From the NCBI GenBank assembly GCA_017414645.1, contig JAFQLL010000094.1, positions 1 through 56,415 of the forward strand: a DNA stretch of 56,415 nucleotides, read 5' to 3'. A program made the position numbers and the translations under genes. Shown here piece after piece: positions 37,477 through 48,091 of this stretch. Each line of letters begins with the position of its first letter. Positions within the stretch are counted from its first letter, which is position 1. The stretch comes from Clostridia bacterium. GTDB taxonomy: Bacteria; Bacillota; Clostridia; UMGS1883. A model generated the notes under the pieces. That model made no database searches, was not told where the DNA came from, and saw only the letters and a list, made by a program, of their open reading frames with translations.

Positions 37477-38034
37477 ATGTATTTAATCGCAGGACTGGGA
37501 AACCCCGGTCGTGAATACGAAAAAACACGTCACAATGTTGGCTTTACCGCCATTGATTATCTCGCATATGATGCAAACATTACCATCTCTAAAATTAAAT
37601 TTAAAGGCATTTATGGTGACGGCATGATTGCGGGCGAGAAGTGCATTCTTTTAAAACCGCAGACTTATATGAATCTTAGCGGCGAAAGCGTACGTGAGGC
37701 GGCAGAATATTTTAAAATTGAACCGAATAAAATTATAATAGTTTATGACGATGTTGATCTTGAGCCCGGGAAAGTGAGAATTCGGCCCAAAGGCAGCGCA
37801 GGCGGGCACAACGGAATGAAGTCCATAATTTATCAGCTTCAATGCGACGAGTTTCCGCGTGTACGTTTTGGCGTTGGTAAAGCTGAACACGGAATGGTCA
37901 GCCATGTTTTGGGAAAATTCAGCGAAGAAGACGGTGTAAAGGTTTCTGACGCAATCCGTAATCTGCCCAAAATTATCGAGGCTATTATTAAAAACGGTGT
38001 CAACGATGCCATGAATAAATTCAACGGGAAATAA
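37477..38034 (+). CDS. pth: Peptidyl-tRNA hydrolase
   Basis: LIAGLGNPGREYEKTRHNVGF motif. Confidence 0.95.
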   Translation: MYLIAGLGNPGREYEKTRHNVGFTAIDYLAYDANITISKIKFKGIYGDGMIAGEKCILLKPQTYMNLSGESVREAAEYFKIEPNKIIIVYDDVDLEPGKVRIRPKGSAGGHNGMKSIIYQLQCDEFPRVRFGVGKAEHGMVSHVLGKFSEEDGVKVSDAIRNLPKIIEAIIKNGVNDAMNKFNGK

Positions 38035-38043
38035 GGAGCAAAA

Positions 38044-41000
38044 ATGAAATTTCAGGATCTGCTTCAAAGCAGCGCAGAGTTTGAAAACATAATTGAAGAA
38101 GCAAAAAAAGGAAAGTTTCCCATCCATGTTACAGGGCCCTCAGAATCCGTGAAGGCCCATTTTGTGATGTCTCTTTTAGCAAAGCTTCAAAGAAAAGGCT
38201 TTATTATTACCTACAGCGAAATGCAGGCGAAAAAGCTTTGCGACGATATATGCTTCTTTGACAAGGATGCGGCTGTTGTAATTCCCGAAACAGACCTGCT
38301 TTTATATAAAGCCGAAGCGGCGGATAATGCGGCTGAAAATAAACGAATGGAAGCATTACTTACCATTTCCCAAAAAAAGGTTGTTATCTTAAGTGTAATG
38401 TCACTTTTACAGTACGCCGTATCCCGAAAAGACCTGGAATTGTTAAGCTTTGAGGCCGGGGTCGGCGATGTGTTTTCCATGGAGGAATTAATAGACAGAT
38501 TTATAAATATGGGTTACACAAGGCTGGATGTTGTGGAAAGTCCGGGACAATTTGCTGTGCGCGGTGGAATTATAGACATTTTTTCTCCCGGCGGGGACGC
38601 TTTCAGAATAGAATTCTTTGGCGACGAAATTGACCTTATAAAGGTTTTTGACCCATTAACACAGCTTTCAACCGACAAACGTGATAAGGTTAAAATTTCT
38701 CCCGCTTCTTCTCGAAGCTTCAAGGGCAGCATGCTTTCGTATATTGACAAGGAAGATATTGTAGTGTTTGATGAGCCTGTCCGTATTTCCGAAACTGCTG
38801 AGACTATACGCTTTGAACTGGAAGACAATATTAAAACACTTATTGAAAAAGAAGTAGAGTTTGACAGCGAAAAGGAATATCTGCAGTCCTACAGCAAAAT
38901 TATAACCAAGCTTACTGCAAATCCCATTCTGTCGATGGCTTCCTTAAGCCGAGTTTGCCCGGATTTCCGTACAAAGACAAATCTTAATCTTACCGCAAGA
39001 ACGCTCCAGAATTATGGTGGCAATATAGACTTTCTCTACGACGACATTACAGCATGGGAGAGAGCTAAGTATAACATTTTCATTCTGGGCGGAAGCAGTC
39101 AGCGCGCTAAAAAGCTTTGTGAAGCCCTTCACGAAAAGGGCTTTAAAGCAACTTATTATTCTTCACTTGAAGAAATTGACAATACAAATGGTACTATAAG
39201 CGTGATTAAAGGCTCTGTTAACAAGGGCTTTGAATATTCGCTTATAAATACCGTAATAGTAAGTGACAAAGAAATTTTTGCATCTGAGAAAAAGAAGCGG
39301 AAAGTAAAAAAAGACCCTAACAGTGCGAAAATCAAAAACCCATTTGACATAACGGCTGGTGATCTTGTTGTGCATAATGTTCATGGTATTGGTAAATACT
39401 TGGGCATGAAGCGTTTGGAGGTAGACGGTGTAACACGCGACTACTTCAAAATTGAGTATCGCGGCAACGATTTTCTTTACATTCCCGTTGATCAGCTTGA
39501 CCTTATAAACAAGTATATTGGTGCAGGCGAGGGAAAAAACGTAAGGATAAACAAGCTTGGCGGTGCCGAATGGGCAGCAACTAAAGCGAAAGTAAAGGCT
39601 AATGTTGCACAGATGGCTAAAAAGCTTATCGCCTTGTATGCGGCACGAAGTGTTGCTGAAGGGGTTGCTTTTGAAAAGGATTCGGCATGGCAGAGAGACT
39701 TTGAAGCAGATTTCATTTATGAGGAAACAGAGGACCAGCTTCGTGCTGTTGAGGAAATAAAGAAGGATATGGAATCGCCACGCCCTATGGACAGATTGCT
39801 CTGCGGTGACGTGGGCTATGGCAAAACTGAGGTTGCAATGAGAGCCGCCTTTAAAGCAGTGGATTCGGGCTATCAGGTAGCTTATCTTGTTCCTACCACA
39901 ATTCTGGCACAGCAGCAGTATAACAACTTTGTGCAAAGAATGAAAAAATTTCCTATAACGGTGAGAATGCTTTCAAGATTTTCCACGAAGAAAGAAACAG
40001 ATGAAACACTTCGCATGCTTAAAAGCGGCGAGTGCGACATTGTTATAGGCACACACAAGCTTTTGTCCGACAAAATCGAATATAAAAGGCTTGGTCTTCT
40101 GGTAATCGACGAAGAACAGCGCTTTGGTGTCGGTCATAAGGAGAAAATTAAAGAGTTTAAGAAAAACGTAGATGTTCTGACTCTCAGTGCAACACCCATT
40201 CCAAGAACTTTACACATGGCAATGGTGGGAATAAGAGACATGAGCGTGCTTTTAAATCCTCCCGAAGACCGTTATCCCGTGCAGACCTATGTGCTTGAAG
40301 AGAATAAAACAATTATACAAAATGCAATTGAACGTGAATTGTCCCGTGGGGGACAGGTGTATTATGTTTCTAACCGTGTAACGGGCATGGAAAAGGTAAC
40401 TGCTGAAATTTCCGCTTTAGTGCCTGATGCAAGGGTTGAAATGGCACACGGTCAAATGAGTGAGGCACAACTGGAAAGAACGCTTATGCGCTTTTTAAAC
40501 CGCGAAATTGATGTTCTTGTGTGCACTACAATTATTGAAACCGGTATGGATGTGCAGAACGTAAACACAATCATTATTGAAGACGCCAATCATTTTGGCT
40601 TAGCACAGCTTTACCAGCTTCGAGGCAGAGTGGGCAGAACAAACCGCCTTGCTTATGCTTATTTAACATTTGATGCAAAAAAGTCTCTTGATGAAATAGC
40701 TGAAAAGAGGCTTCGCGCCATCAAAGAATTTACCGAGTTTGGTTCAGGCTTTAAAATTGCAATGCGCGACTTGGAAATACGCGGTGCAGGCAACGTGCTT
40801 GGCCCCGAGCAGCACGGCTTTATGGCGAGCGTCGGTTACGATATGTATTGCCAGATGCTTTCCGATGCCGTTAACGAAGCTATGGGCGTACCCGTTGAAG
40901 AAAAGAAGTTTACAACACAGATCGAGCTTAACATAAATGCCTATATACCCAACGATTATATTAATTCTGAGGCGTTGAGAATTGAAGCTTACAAGTCAAT

Positions 41001-41361
41001 AGTGCTCATTGAAGATATACAGGATTACAATCGTGTACAGGAAGAGCTTGAGGATCGCTTTGGAACTACGCCTGCATGTGTTGATCGCCTGATGAAAATT
41101 GCACTTCTGAAATATGCTGCAAATTCTGTAGGCATTACAGACATTTCGCAAACGCCCGATGGAGTTATGCTCAGATTTGTAAAAGCAAAAGCTCCCGACA
41201 TTACGGCACTGTCAAAAATTTCAACATCCGGCGTTGTAAAAATACTTTACAGCTCAGGAGAAAGACCCTACATTCTTATAAGACTTTCTAAAGTTAATGA
41301 AGATGAGCTTATAAAAAAAGTAAACTTTGTGTTAAATTGCTTGCAAAATCCACAGCTATAG
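38044..41361 (+). CDS. mfd: Transcription-repair coupling factor
   Basis: GDVGYGKTEVAMRAAF (Walker A), LVIDEEQRFG and RGRVGR helicase motifs, in a 1105-aa protein. Confidence 0.95.
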   Translation: MKFQDLLQSSAEFENIIEEAKKGKFPIHVTGPSESVKAHFVMSLLAKLQRKGFIITYSEMQAKKLCDDICFFDKDAAVVIPETDLLLYKAEAADNAAENKRMEALLTISQKKVVILSVMSLLQYAVSRKDLELLSFEAGVGDVFSMEELIDRFINMGYTRLDVVESPGQFAVRGGIIDIFSPGGDAFRIEFFGDEIDLIKVFDPLTQLSTDKRDKVKISPASSRSFKGSMLSYIDKEDIVVFDEPVRISETAETIRFELEDNIKTLIEKEVEFDSEKEYLQSYSKIITKLTANPILSMASLSRVCPDFRTKTNLNLTARTLQNYGGNIDFLYDDITAWERAKYNIFILGGSSQRAKKLCEALHEKGFKATYYSSLEEIDNTNGTISVIKGSVNKGFEYSLINTVIVSDKEIFASEKKKRKVKKDPNSAKIKNPFDITAGDLVVHNVHGIGKYLGMKRLEVDGVTRDYFKIEYRGNDFLYIPVDQLDLINKYIGAGEGKNVRINKLGGAEWAATKAKVKANVAQMAKKLIALYAARSVAEGVAFEKDSAWQRDFEADFIYEETEDQLRAVEEIKKDMESPRPMDRLLCGDVGYGKTEVAMRAAFKAVDSGYQVAYLVPTTILAQQQYNNFVQRMKKFPITVRMLSRFSTKKETDETLRMLKSGECDIVIGTHKLLSDKIEYKRLGLLVIDEEQRFGVGHKEKIKEFKKNVDVLTLSATPIPRTLHMAMVGIRDMSVLLNPPEDRYPVQTYVLEENKTIIQNAIERELSRGGQVYYVSNRVTGMEKVTAEISALVPDARVEMAHGQMSEAQLERTLMRFLNREIDVLVCTTIIETGMDVQNVNTIIIEDANHFGLAQLYQLRGRVGRTNRLAYAYLTFDAKKSLDEIAEKRLRAIKEFTEFGSGFKIAMRDLEIRGAGNVLGPEQHGFMASVGYDMYCQMLSDAVNEAMGVPVEEKKFTTQIELNINAYIPNDYINSEALRIEAYKSIVLIEDIQDYNRVQEELEDRFGTTPACVDRLMKIALLKYAANSVGITDISQTPDGVMLRFVKAKAPDITALSKISTSGVVKILYSSGERPYILIRLSKVNEDELIKKVNFVLNCLQNPQL

Positions 41362-41402
41362 TGTAACATGATTGGCAAGCTACAAACGAAAGGAAAAATG
41401 TT

Positions 41403-42485
41403 ATGAAAAAATTTTTAGCCCTTATTATGGCAACAATTTTGCTTGTTACACTTTTTTCCGCTTGCGGAAAAAGTAAAACAGATTCTACCAATCCCACGGA
41501 ACCTGAAGCACAGAGCAGCGTAAAGTACGCAAACCTTGAGGAAGGGGTTGCCGCTTTAGCAGGTGAGCATAAAATCACTATGGATGACGTAGCTGTTTAC
41601 GTTGATATGCTTGTGCCTTATATTCAGCAGAAAACAGGTGCAAATCCCGGTTGGGAAGACATATTAACAGACAGCGGTCTTACTGCAAGAGACGAGCTTG
41701 TGATGGCAGCCATTGAAGAATGCAGGTATCAGTACGCATTTATTAATTTTGCGAAAGAAAACGGATACTTTACAGACGAACAAGCTGAGCAGTTCTTTTC
41801 CGAATACGTTATTAGTATGGGTGGCGAGGCTGTGCTTGATGAACTTATCACAGAGTATAACTTCAACAGAGACTCTTTAAAGCAGTTTATCGTGTTCAAT
41901 GGTGCATTCAACGCCTTAACAGAAGCCCTTTGCTCTGACGAAGAGGCCGAAAAGCTCTATAACGAAAAATACTACGTTACAGCGAAGCATATTCTTGTCC
42001 TTTTTGAAGGAAGAGAAAATGAAGAGGCAGCCCTTAAGGAAGCGGAAGCTATTTACAACAAGGCAATTTCAGGAGAAAGCTTTGAAGCTCTTATAACAGA
42101 GTACAATGAAGACCCCGGCCAGAATGTCGAAACCGGTTACACCTTCACTGACGGCGAAATGGTACCCGAATTCTACAATGGAACAATGGCTCTTAAGGTG
42201 GGTGACATTTCTGCGCCCGTGAAAACAACTTATGGTTATCACATTATAAAGCGTTATGCAAACCCAGGCAGTGAAGATGCAAATTATGCAAACTATATTG
42301 CAAATGTAAAGAGCATGAATGCGCGCGATTTCCTCAACGAAACAAAGCAGAACGAAATTATTTCGGCATATCCTTTAACAATCAACGAAGGCATCGCCGG
42401 CAAGGTTGATCTTTCAAGATATACCGTTGAACAGGTTCTTGACGAAAACGTAAACTACGCTGACGGCTCAATATTTAATGAATAA
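41403..42485 (+). CDS. PrsA/SurA-like peptidyl-prolyl isomerase lipoprotein
   Basis: Lipobox LFSAC-G, and a PpiC-type parvulin domain (AKHILVLF...TTYGYHIIKRY). Confidence 0.8.
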   Translation: MKKFLALIMATILLVTLFSACGKSKTDSTNPTEPEAQSSVKYANLEEGVAALAGEHKITMDDVAVYVDMLVPYIQQKTGANPGWEDILTDSGLTARDELVMAAIEECRYQYAFINFAKENGYFTDEQAEQFFSEYVISMGGEAVLDELITEYNFNRDSLKQFIVFNGAFNALTEALCSDEEAEKLYNEKYYVTAKHILVLFEGRENEEAALKEAEAIYNKAISGESFEALITEYNEDPGQNVETGYTFTDGEMVPEFYNGTMALKVGDISAPVKTTYGYHIIKRYANPGSEDANYANYIANVKSMNARDFLNETKQNEIISAYPLTINEGIAGKVDLSRYTVEQVLDENVNYADGSIFNE

Positions 42486-42487
42486 TT

Positions 42488-42520
42488 AAAATGCTCTCTC
42501 AGAGATGAGAGAGCATTTTA
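42488..42520 (+). terminator. Rho-independent terminator
   Basis: ATGCTCTCTC / GAGAGAGCAT 10-bp stem followed by TTTT. Confidence 0.8.
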
Positions 42521-42527
42521 GTATTGC

Positions 42528-42556
42528 TTGACTTTTTTTTGCTGAAATGGTATACT
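42528..42556 (+). promoter_or_regulatory. Putative sigma-A promoter of lysA
   Basis: TTGACT (42528-42533), 17-nt spacer, TATACT (42551-42556). Confidence 0.5.
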
Positions 42557-42593
42557 AAATTAAATAAGGTACAGTAAGGAACGTGAACAAAAA

Positions 42594-43889
42594 ATGCTTA
42601 TGGAAGGTCAGGGTGTGAACGCCCTTAATCATCTTACAATCAGCGGTTGTGACAGCGTGGAGCTTTGCAAAAAGTACGGCACACCGCTTTATGTTATTGA
42701 CGAAAATGTAGTGCGCGAGCATTGCAGGCTTTATAAAAATTCAATTGATGAATTCTACAACGGAAACGGCTTGGTGTTCTTCGCATCAAAGGCACTTTGT
42801 AATCTTGAAATGATTCGCGTTGTAAACAGCGAGGGCTTAGGTGCAGATTCGGTATCGGCAGGCGAATTGTATACAGTGCTCAAAGCCGGAATGAATAGTG
42901 AAAAAATCTGTATTCACGGCAACAATAAAACTGATGAAGAATTGGAATTTGCCATTAAGAATAATGTCGGAAGAATTGTTATCGACAGCTTCAGCGAAAT
43001 TGAAAAGGTTGACAAAATTGCCAGGGCAAACAATGTTAAACAAAAGGTCCTTTTCAGAATTAAGCCCGGCATAGATGCTCATACTCATGAATTCATTATG
43101 ACAGGTCAGATAGACTGCAAGTTCGGCTTCGCTCTTGAAACAGGTGAGGCAAAAGATGCAATTTTAAAGGCATTGGAGTATGAAAACATTGTTGTTGCCG
43201 GTGTTCACTGCCATATTGGCTCTCAGATATTTGAGTCTGAGCCTTTTAAAGAAGCGGCAAAGATTCTTGTTAATTTTATGGCTGATATTAAGGATGATAC
43301 AGGCTATGAGATGTTTGAGCTTAACCTTGGCGGCGGCTTCGGCGTTACTTATACAGAAAAGGATGACCCTATAAGGTTCAATAAATACATTGAAGAAATC
43401 AGTGTTATCATAAAAGAAGAATGTGCTAAACGCAACATTGTTCTGCCTTTTATTATGATGGAGCCCGGCAGAAGCATTGTAGGTACTGCGGGTGTTACCC
43501 TTTACAAAGCAGGCACAATAAAAGATATCCCGGGAATAAGGCGTTATGTTTCTGTTGATGGCGGCATGACCGACAACCCCAGATACATTCTGTATCAGGC
43601 AGAATACACAGCACTTGTTGCAAACAAAGCAGGGGACGAAAAGAGTGAAATGGTAACCCTTGCAGGTAAGTGCTGTGAATCAGGCGACCTTTTGGGCGAG
43701 AACATGGCAATTCAAAGTGTTGAAAGCGGCGATATAATTGCTGTGCTTACAACAGGTGCATACAATTATTCTATGGCATCTAATTACAACAGAATTCCTC
43801 GTCCTGCAATGGTAATGGTTAATAACGGAGAAAGCCGCGTAATTGTAAAGAGAGAAACTTTTGAGGACTTGATAAGAAACGATGTTTAA
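42594..43889 (+). CDS. lysA: Diaminopimelate decarboxylase
   Basis: FFASKALCN (PLP lysine), NLGGGFGV and CCESGD motifs. Confidence 0.9.
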   Translation: MLMEGQGVNALNHLTISGCDSVELCKKYGTPLYVIDENVVREHCRLYKNSIDEFYNGNGLVFFASKALCNLEMIRVVNSEGLGADSVSAGELYTVLKAGMNSEKICIHGNNKTDEELEFAIKNNVGRIVIDSFSEIEKVDKIARANNVKQKVLFRIKPGIDAHTHEFIMTGQIDCKFGFALETGEAKDAILKALEYENIVVAGVHCHIGSQIFESEPFKEAAKILVNFMADIKDDTGYEMFELNLGGGFGVTYTEKDDPIRFNKYIEEISVIIKEECAKRNIVLPFIMMEPGRSIVGTAGVTLYKAGTIKDIPGIRRYVSVDGGMTDNPRYILYQAEYTALVANKAGDEKSEMVTLAGKCCESGDLLGENMAIQSVESGDIIAVLTTGAYNYSMASNYNRIPRPAMVMVNNGESRVIVKRETFEDLIRNDV

Positions 43890-44550
43890 TTTTGATATTT
43901 CTGAAATTCTGCAAAACTTTATAGTGCTTTTTACAGCAATAACTGTGCACGAATATTCCCATGGCAAAGTTGCACACATGCTTGGTGACCCTACAGCAAA
44001 GGCTATGGGCAGACTTACCCTCAATCCTTTGGCGCATCTTGATCCTTTGGGTGCACTTATGATGATCTTTTGTCGTTTTGGTTGGGCAAAGCCCGTGCCT
44101 GTGAATCCCTATTATTTTGATGAGCCGAAAAAGGGGATGGTGCTGGTTTCCGTTGCTGGGCCTGCAGCGAATATTATCCTTGCATTTTTGTTTGCAACTT
44201 TAATGCCCTTCGCTATGTTGCTTTTAGGTTTTATGCCGAATGTTCCATACGTGGTTGTTTCTTTTATAATCAACCTTTTTGTGACAGGCATCATAATGAA
44301 TGTATATTTTGCAGTTTTTAACCTTATACCGTTTCCTCCGCTTGATGGCAGCAAAATTCTTTTCTCAGTTCTGCCAAATCACGCATATAACACCTTATTG
44401 ACATACGAAAGATACGGCACAATTATTTTGTTGGCTCTTTCTTTTTCGGGAATTTTAGGAAGAATACTTTCAATTGTAGCAATGCCTGTTATTAATCTGA
44501 TGTTATCCTGGAATGGTGTTGTTGCAGGCTTAATTAATTTATTTTTCTGA
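43882..44550 (+). CDS. Site-2 protease family (M50) membrane metalloprotease
   Basis: 8-nt overlap with lysA. TVHEYSHGKVAH (HExxH), a polytopic membrane protein, NLIPFPPLDGS motif. Confidence 0.8.
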   Translation: MFNFDISEILQNFIVLFTAITVHEYSHGKVAHMLGDPTAKAMGRLTLNPLAHLDPLGALMMIFCRFGWAKPVPVNPYYFDEPKKGMVLVSVAGPAANIILAFLFATLMPFAMLLLGFMPNVPYVVVSFIINLFVTGIIMNVYFAVFNLIPFPPLDGSKILFSVLPNHAYNTLLTYERYGTIILLALSFSGILGRILSIVAMPVINLMLSWNGVVAGLINLFF

Positions 44551-44564
44551 TTACGAGGTTATTT

Positions 44565-45314
44565 ATGAGCGACGTTTCATTCAGAACTGCGGCTTTTGAA
44601 GGTCCGCTGGACTTACTTTTACATCTTATTTCAAAGAATAAAGTAAGTATTTACGATATCCCCATTTCGGAAATTACCGACCAGTATTTTGAATATCTGA
44701 CAGAATGTGAAGCAATGGACATGGAGCTGTCAAGCGAATTTGCTGTTATGGCGGCGCAGCTTTTGTACATCAAATCCAAGATGCTTCTTCCTGTATACGA
44801 CGAAGAGGAAGAAGACCCCAGAGCAGAGCTTGTGGACCGTTTGGAAGAATATAGACGCTATAAGGAAATTTCCAAGCAACTCGATGTTATGCAGCATGCA
44901 ATGGACGACTGTGTTTTTAAAGCTCCCGAGAAGCTTGACATTCCTAAGGTTATAATTGAAAATAAGTCGATGAACCCCGATCTTTTATATGCATCCTTCC
45001 TAATGATTATGGAGCGTAACCTTGCGAAGAAACCGCTTTCGCCACAGAACTTCAGTGGTGTTATCGGTAGAAAGAGAGTTTCTATTCCGCATCAATCGCG
45101 CCATGTTATGCGGCTTTTGAAGGAAAAGAAAAACGTCGCCTTCGAGGAGCTTTTTGACGGAATGTGTACACGTGGTGAAATGGTGGCAACCTTTATGGCG
45201 GTGCTTGAGCTTATACGCGACAGCCACATGATGGTTATTGAAGAAGAGGGCAGAATTATTTGTCAGAGGTGTGATGATTTCGATGGATATGACTCAAGTA
45301 GCTCAGACGATTGA
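44565..45314 (+). CDS. scpA: Segregation and condensation protein A
   Basis: FEGPLDLLLHLISKNKVSIYDIPISEIT motif. Confidence 0.9.
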   Translation: MSDVSFRTAAFEGPLDLLLHLISKNKVSIYDIPISEITDQYFEYLTECEAMDMELSSEFAVMAAQLLYIKSKMLLPVYDEEEEDPRAELVDRLEEYRRYKEISKQLDVMQHAMDDCVFKAPEKLDIPKVIIENKSMNPDLLYASFLMIMERNLAKKPLSPQNFSGVIGRKRVSIPHQSRHVMRLLKEKKNVAFEELFDGMCTRGEMVATFMAVLELIRDSHMMVIEEEGRIICQRCDDFDGYDSSSSDD

Positions 45315-45843
45315 GGCAATTTTATTTGCCATGGGCGATGCGGTTGAAATTTCCGATATTGCATCAAGTCTTGAGATTGATACAGAGCAGGTGAGAGAAG
45401 GAGCAAAGCTTCTTCAGGAAAAATACACAAAAAACATCAGTGGCATCAGGCTTATTGAAATTGCTGATTGTTATCAGCTTTCTTCAAATCCTGCTTGCTA
45501 TGAGTACATAAAGAAGGTTAGCCAGATAAAGAAGCAATCGGGTCTTTCAAGTGCTGCCATAGAAACACTGTCAATAATAGCTTATAATCAGCCGGTAACC
45601 AAAGGCACTATTGAATTTATAAGAGGTGTTGACTCTACATACTCTGTAAACAGGCTTATAGAACGTGGCTTGATTGACGAACTTGGCCGTGCAGAAACCC
45701 CCGGCAGGCCTATTCTTTATGGCACAACAATGGAGTTTTTAAGAACCTTCGGAATTAAAACTCTCGAAGATTTGCCTCCGCTTCCTGAAAAAAGTATTGG
45801 GGAAGAAGAGGGCTCTGCTGAAAATAAGGAGGAAGCGAATTGA
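45274..45843 (+). CDS. scpB: Segregation and condensation protein B
   Basis: IEAILFAMGD and winged-helix repeats. The start is ambiguous among in-frame ATGs at 45274, 45283 and 45289, and the gene overlaps the end of scpA. Confidence 0.85.
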   Translation: MISMDMTQVAQTIEAILFAMGDAVEISDIASSLEIDTEQVREGAKLLQEKYTKNISGIRLIEIADCYQLSSNPACYEYIKKVSQIKKQSGLSSAAIETLSIIAYNQPVTKGTIEFIRGVDSTYSVNRLIERGLIDELGRAETPGRPILYGTTMEFLRTFGIKTLEDLPPLPEKSIGEEEGSAENKEEAN

Positions 45844-46421
45844 ACCCTTTAATTATAATGGGAATAATAATCGCTGTTTTAATTTTAATATTGTATATTC
45901 CGATAGGCATTGGTCTTAAGTATGAAAACGGAACGTTTGTTATCGTAAAGATTGCTTTTAAAAATTTTAACATTCCTTTAAAAAAGGTTTTAAACAAGCC
46001 CAAAAAGAAAGGAAAGAAGGAAGAAAAGAAAAAGAGCGAAAAAGAGCTTGAAAAAAGCATTGTGGGATTAGATTTTGTTCTTTCGCTTTTCGGTGATTTC
46101 CGTCGTTTTGTTCGCAAGCGTTTTTCCTTGTCGCAGTTTGAGCTTAAGGTAACCTTCGGCACAGCCGAAGCAGCATCTACAGCAGTTCTTACAGGGCATA
46201 TTTATTCGCTTTCTTATAACATTCTGGCTCTTATAGACAAGCTTATGTATGTTGATAACCCGCGTGTTGAGGTTACGCCTGTTTTTAACGATGCTACATT
46301 TTCGGCAAATGCGCAGGGAATAATAAGAACACGCCTTGCACATATTATAGCTACGGCTACAGTGTTTGCGTATAAATTTTTAAAATATAAAAGAAATAAA
46401 AAGAGGAGGAAAACAAAATGA
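45840..46421 (+). CDS. DUF2953/YtfI-like sporulation membrane protein
   Basis: TTG start 7 nt after AAGGAGG. N-terminal TM helix, Lys-rich linker, paired with ytfJ as in Bacillus ytfI-ytfJ. Confidence 0.55.
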   Translation: MNPLIIMGIIIAVLILILYIPIGIGLKYENGTFVIVKIAFKNFNIPLKKVLNKPKKKGKKEEKKKSEKELEKSIVGLDFVLSLFGDFRRFVRKRFSLSQFELKVTFGTAEAASTAVLTGHIYSLSYNILALIDKLMYVDNPRVEVTPVFNDATFSANAQGIIRTRLAHIIATATVFAYKFLKYKRNKKRRKTK

Positions 46422-46810
46422 GCGCACATCCTATCAATGAACTCATGACTAATGTTATGAGCAATTTAAAGCAGATGGTGGACGTTAATACCATCGTAGG
46501 AAGCCCCGTAGAAACTGCAGATGGAACAACCATTATTCCTGTTTCCAAGGTCGGCTTTGGTTTTGCAGCAGGTGGCAGCGATTTTTCCGCAGCTAACCCC
46601 ACAGCTGACTCCCATTTCGGGGGCGGTAGCGGTGCAGGTGTTTCCATTGCACCTATAGGTTTTCTTGTTGTAAGCAAGGACCAGATCAGAATGATTCCTG
46701 TTACAAGCACAAACAGCGCAGTTGATAAGCTTGTTGACTACATTCCTACAGCAATCAACAAGGTTAACTGCCTTATTGAAAAGCACAAGGATACAAAGGA
46801 AGAAGAATAA
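46418..46810 (+). CDS. ytfJ: Sporulation protein YtfJ (GerW family)
   Basis: VGSPVETADGTTIIPVSKVGFGFAAGGSDF...GGGSGAGVSIAPIGFLVV is typical of YtfJ/GerW. Confidence 0.85.
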   Translation: MSAHPINELMTNVMSNLKQMVDVNTIVGSPVETADGTTIIPVSKVGFGFAAGGSDFSAANPTADSHFGGGSGAGVSIAPIGFLVVSKDQIRMIPVTSTNSAVDKLVDYIPTAINKVNCLIEKHKDTKEEE

Positions 46811-46822
46811 TATCAGTATCAG

Positions 46823-46866
46823 AAAAGTCGCCTTTGAAAAATAAGGCGACTTTTTGTGTTTTTTTA
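46823..46866 (+). terminator. Rho-independent terminator after ytfJ
   Basis: AAAAGTCGCCTT / AAGGCGACTTTT 12-bp stem followed by TGTGTTTTTTT. Confidence 0.85.
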
Positions 46867-46981
46867 CTAAAATTTGATTGAAATAGCATATATGTTGTGT
46901 TATAATATATTTTGGCATGGGTTTTACATTTCAATCATTAAAAAGAATGCTCACACATAGCCATATATAGGGTGGTTTTTA

Positions 46982-48091
46982 GTGAAAAAAGCTTTATTTA
47001 TGTTGTTTTTCTTATTGAGTGTGAGTTGTGTGAGCAGTAAAGTATCGGCGCAGGTTAATGTATCGGCACATAGCGCTGTTGTAATTGATTGCGAGTCGGG
47101 AAGAGTGCTCTTTGAAAATAACGCCTATGAAACAAGACCAATGGCTAGCACTACTAAAATTATGACTGCAATTATTGCTCTTGAAAGGCTTGATTTAAAG
47201 GAGTTTGTTAAAGTCAGTGCTTCTGCGGCAAATACAGAAGGCTCTTCTGTATGGCTTTCTCCGGGCGAAAGCATGAGCGTTGAGGATTTATTATATGCTT
47301 TGATGCTTGCAAGCGGCAATGATGCGGCTGCAGCTCTTGCTGAACATATATCAGGAAGTGAATCTGCTTTTGCTTTGTTAATGAATCAAAAAGCAAAAAG
47401 TATAGGAGCAAATAATACAAATTTTGTGAATCCGCATGGACTGCCTGATGATAACCATTATACAACAGCGTACGATTTGGCTCTCATAAGCGCTTATGCC
47501 ATGAAAAACCCAACCTTTAGAGAAATTGTTTCAACCAAAAATAAAACCATTTCCTGGGAAGGTTCTCAGTGGGACAGAAGCTTAAAAAATCATAACAAAC
47601 TTCTGTCAAGGTACGAGTATGCTACCGGTATTAAAACAGGTTTCACAAAAAAAGCAGGTCGCTGTCTTGTGTCCAGCGCAGAAAAGGATGGCAGAATTAA
47701 CATTTGCGTTACACTGAATGCTCCCGACGACTGGAATGACCACATCGCATTACATAATCATTGCTTTGAAAACTACAGGGCAGAGGTTGTGTGTAATAAG
47801 GGTGATTTGGCAGGTGTGTTTACAAATAATGAGGTTGAATGTGACGATATAAGTCTTTTATACGGGACTGATTTTGTCGCAGCTGTTAAAGATGGTGAAT
47901 CGATAGAAACAAAGAAGGTTTTCAATGTAAAATATCCTGTTTTGAAAAGTCAAGTGGTTGGAAGATCAGATATATATTTAAATAATGAACGCATAGGCTT
48001 TGTGGATTTGATTTCAGCAAACGATGCTAAAGAAAAAGAAACACTGACTAAGGTTTTCATACAACTTGTGAAAGGAATTATAAAACGGTGA
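46982..48091 (+). CDS. dacB: D-alanyl-D-alanine carboxypeptidase (S11, DacB/PBP5*-like)
   Basis: GTG start after AGGGTGG. Signal peptide, ASTTK (SxxK), SGND (SxN) and KTGFT (KTG) motifs. Confidence 0.85.
   Translation: MKKALFMLFFLLSVSCVSSKVSAQVNVSAHSAVVIDCESGRVLFENNAYETRPMASTTKIMTAIIALERLDLKEFVKVSASAANTEGSSVWLSPGESMSVEDLLYALMLASGNDAAAALAEHISGSESAFALLMNQKAKSIGANNTNFVNPHGLPDDNHYTTAYDLALISAYAMKNPTFREIVSTKNKTISWEGSQWDRSLKNHNKLLSRYEYATGIKTGFTKKAGRCLVSSAEKDGRINICVTLNAPDDWNDHIALHNHCFENYRAEVVCNKGDLAGVFTNNEVECDDISLLYGTDFVAAVKDGESIETKKVFNVKYPVLKSQVVGRSDIYLNNERIGFVDLISANDAKEKETLTKVFIQLVKGIIKR

Noticed and set aside
42521-42593. Lysine (L-box) riboswitch upstream of lysA.
   Set aside because: Only ~37 nt lie between the predicted -10 and the start codon, whereas L-box elements are ~180 nt.
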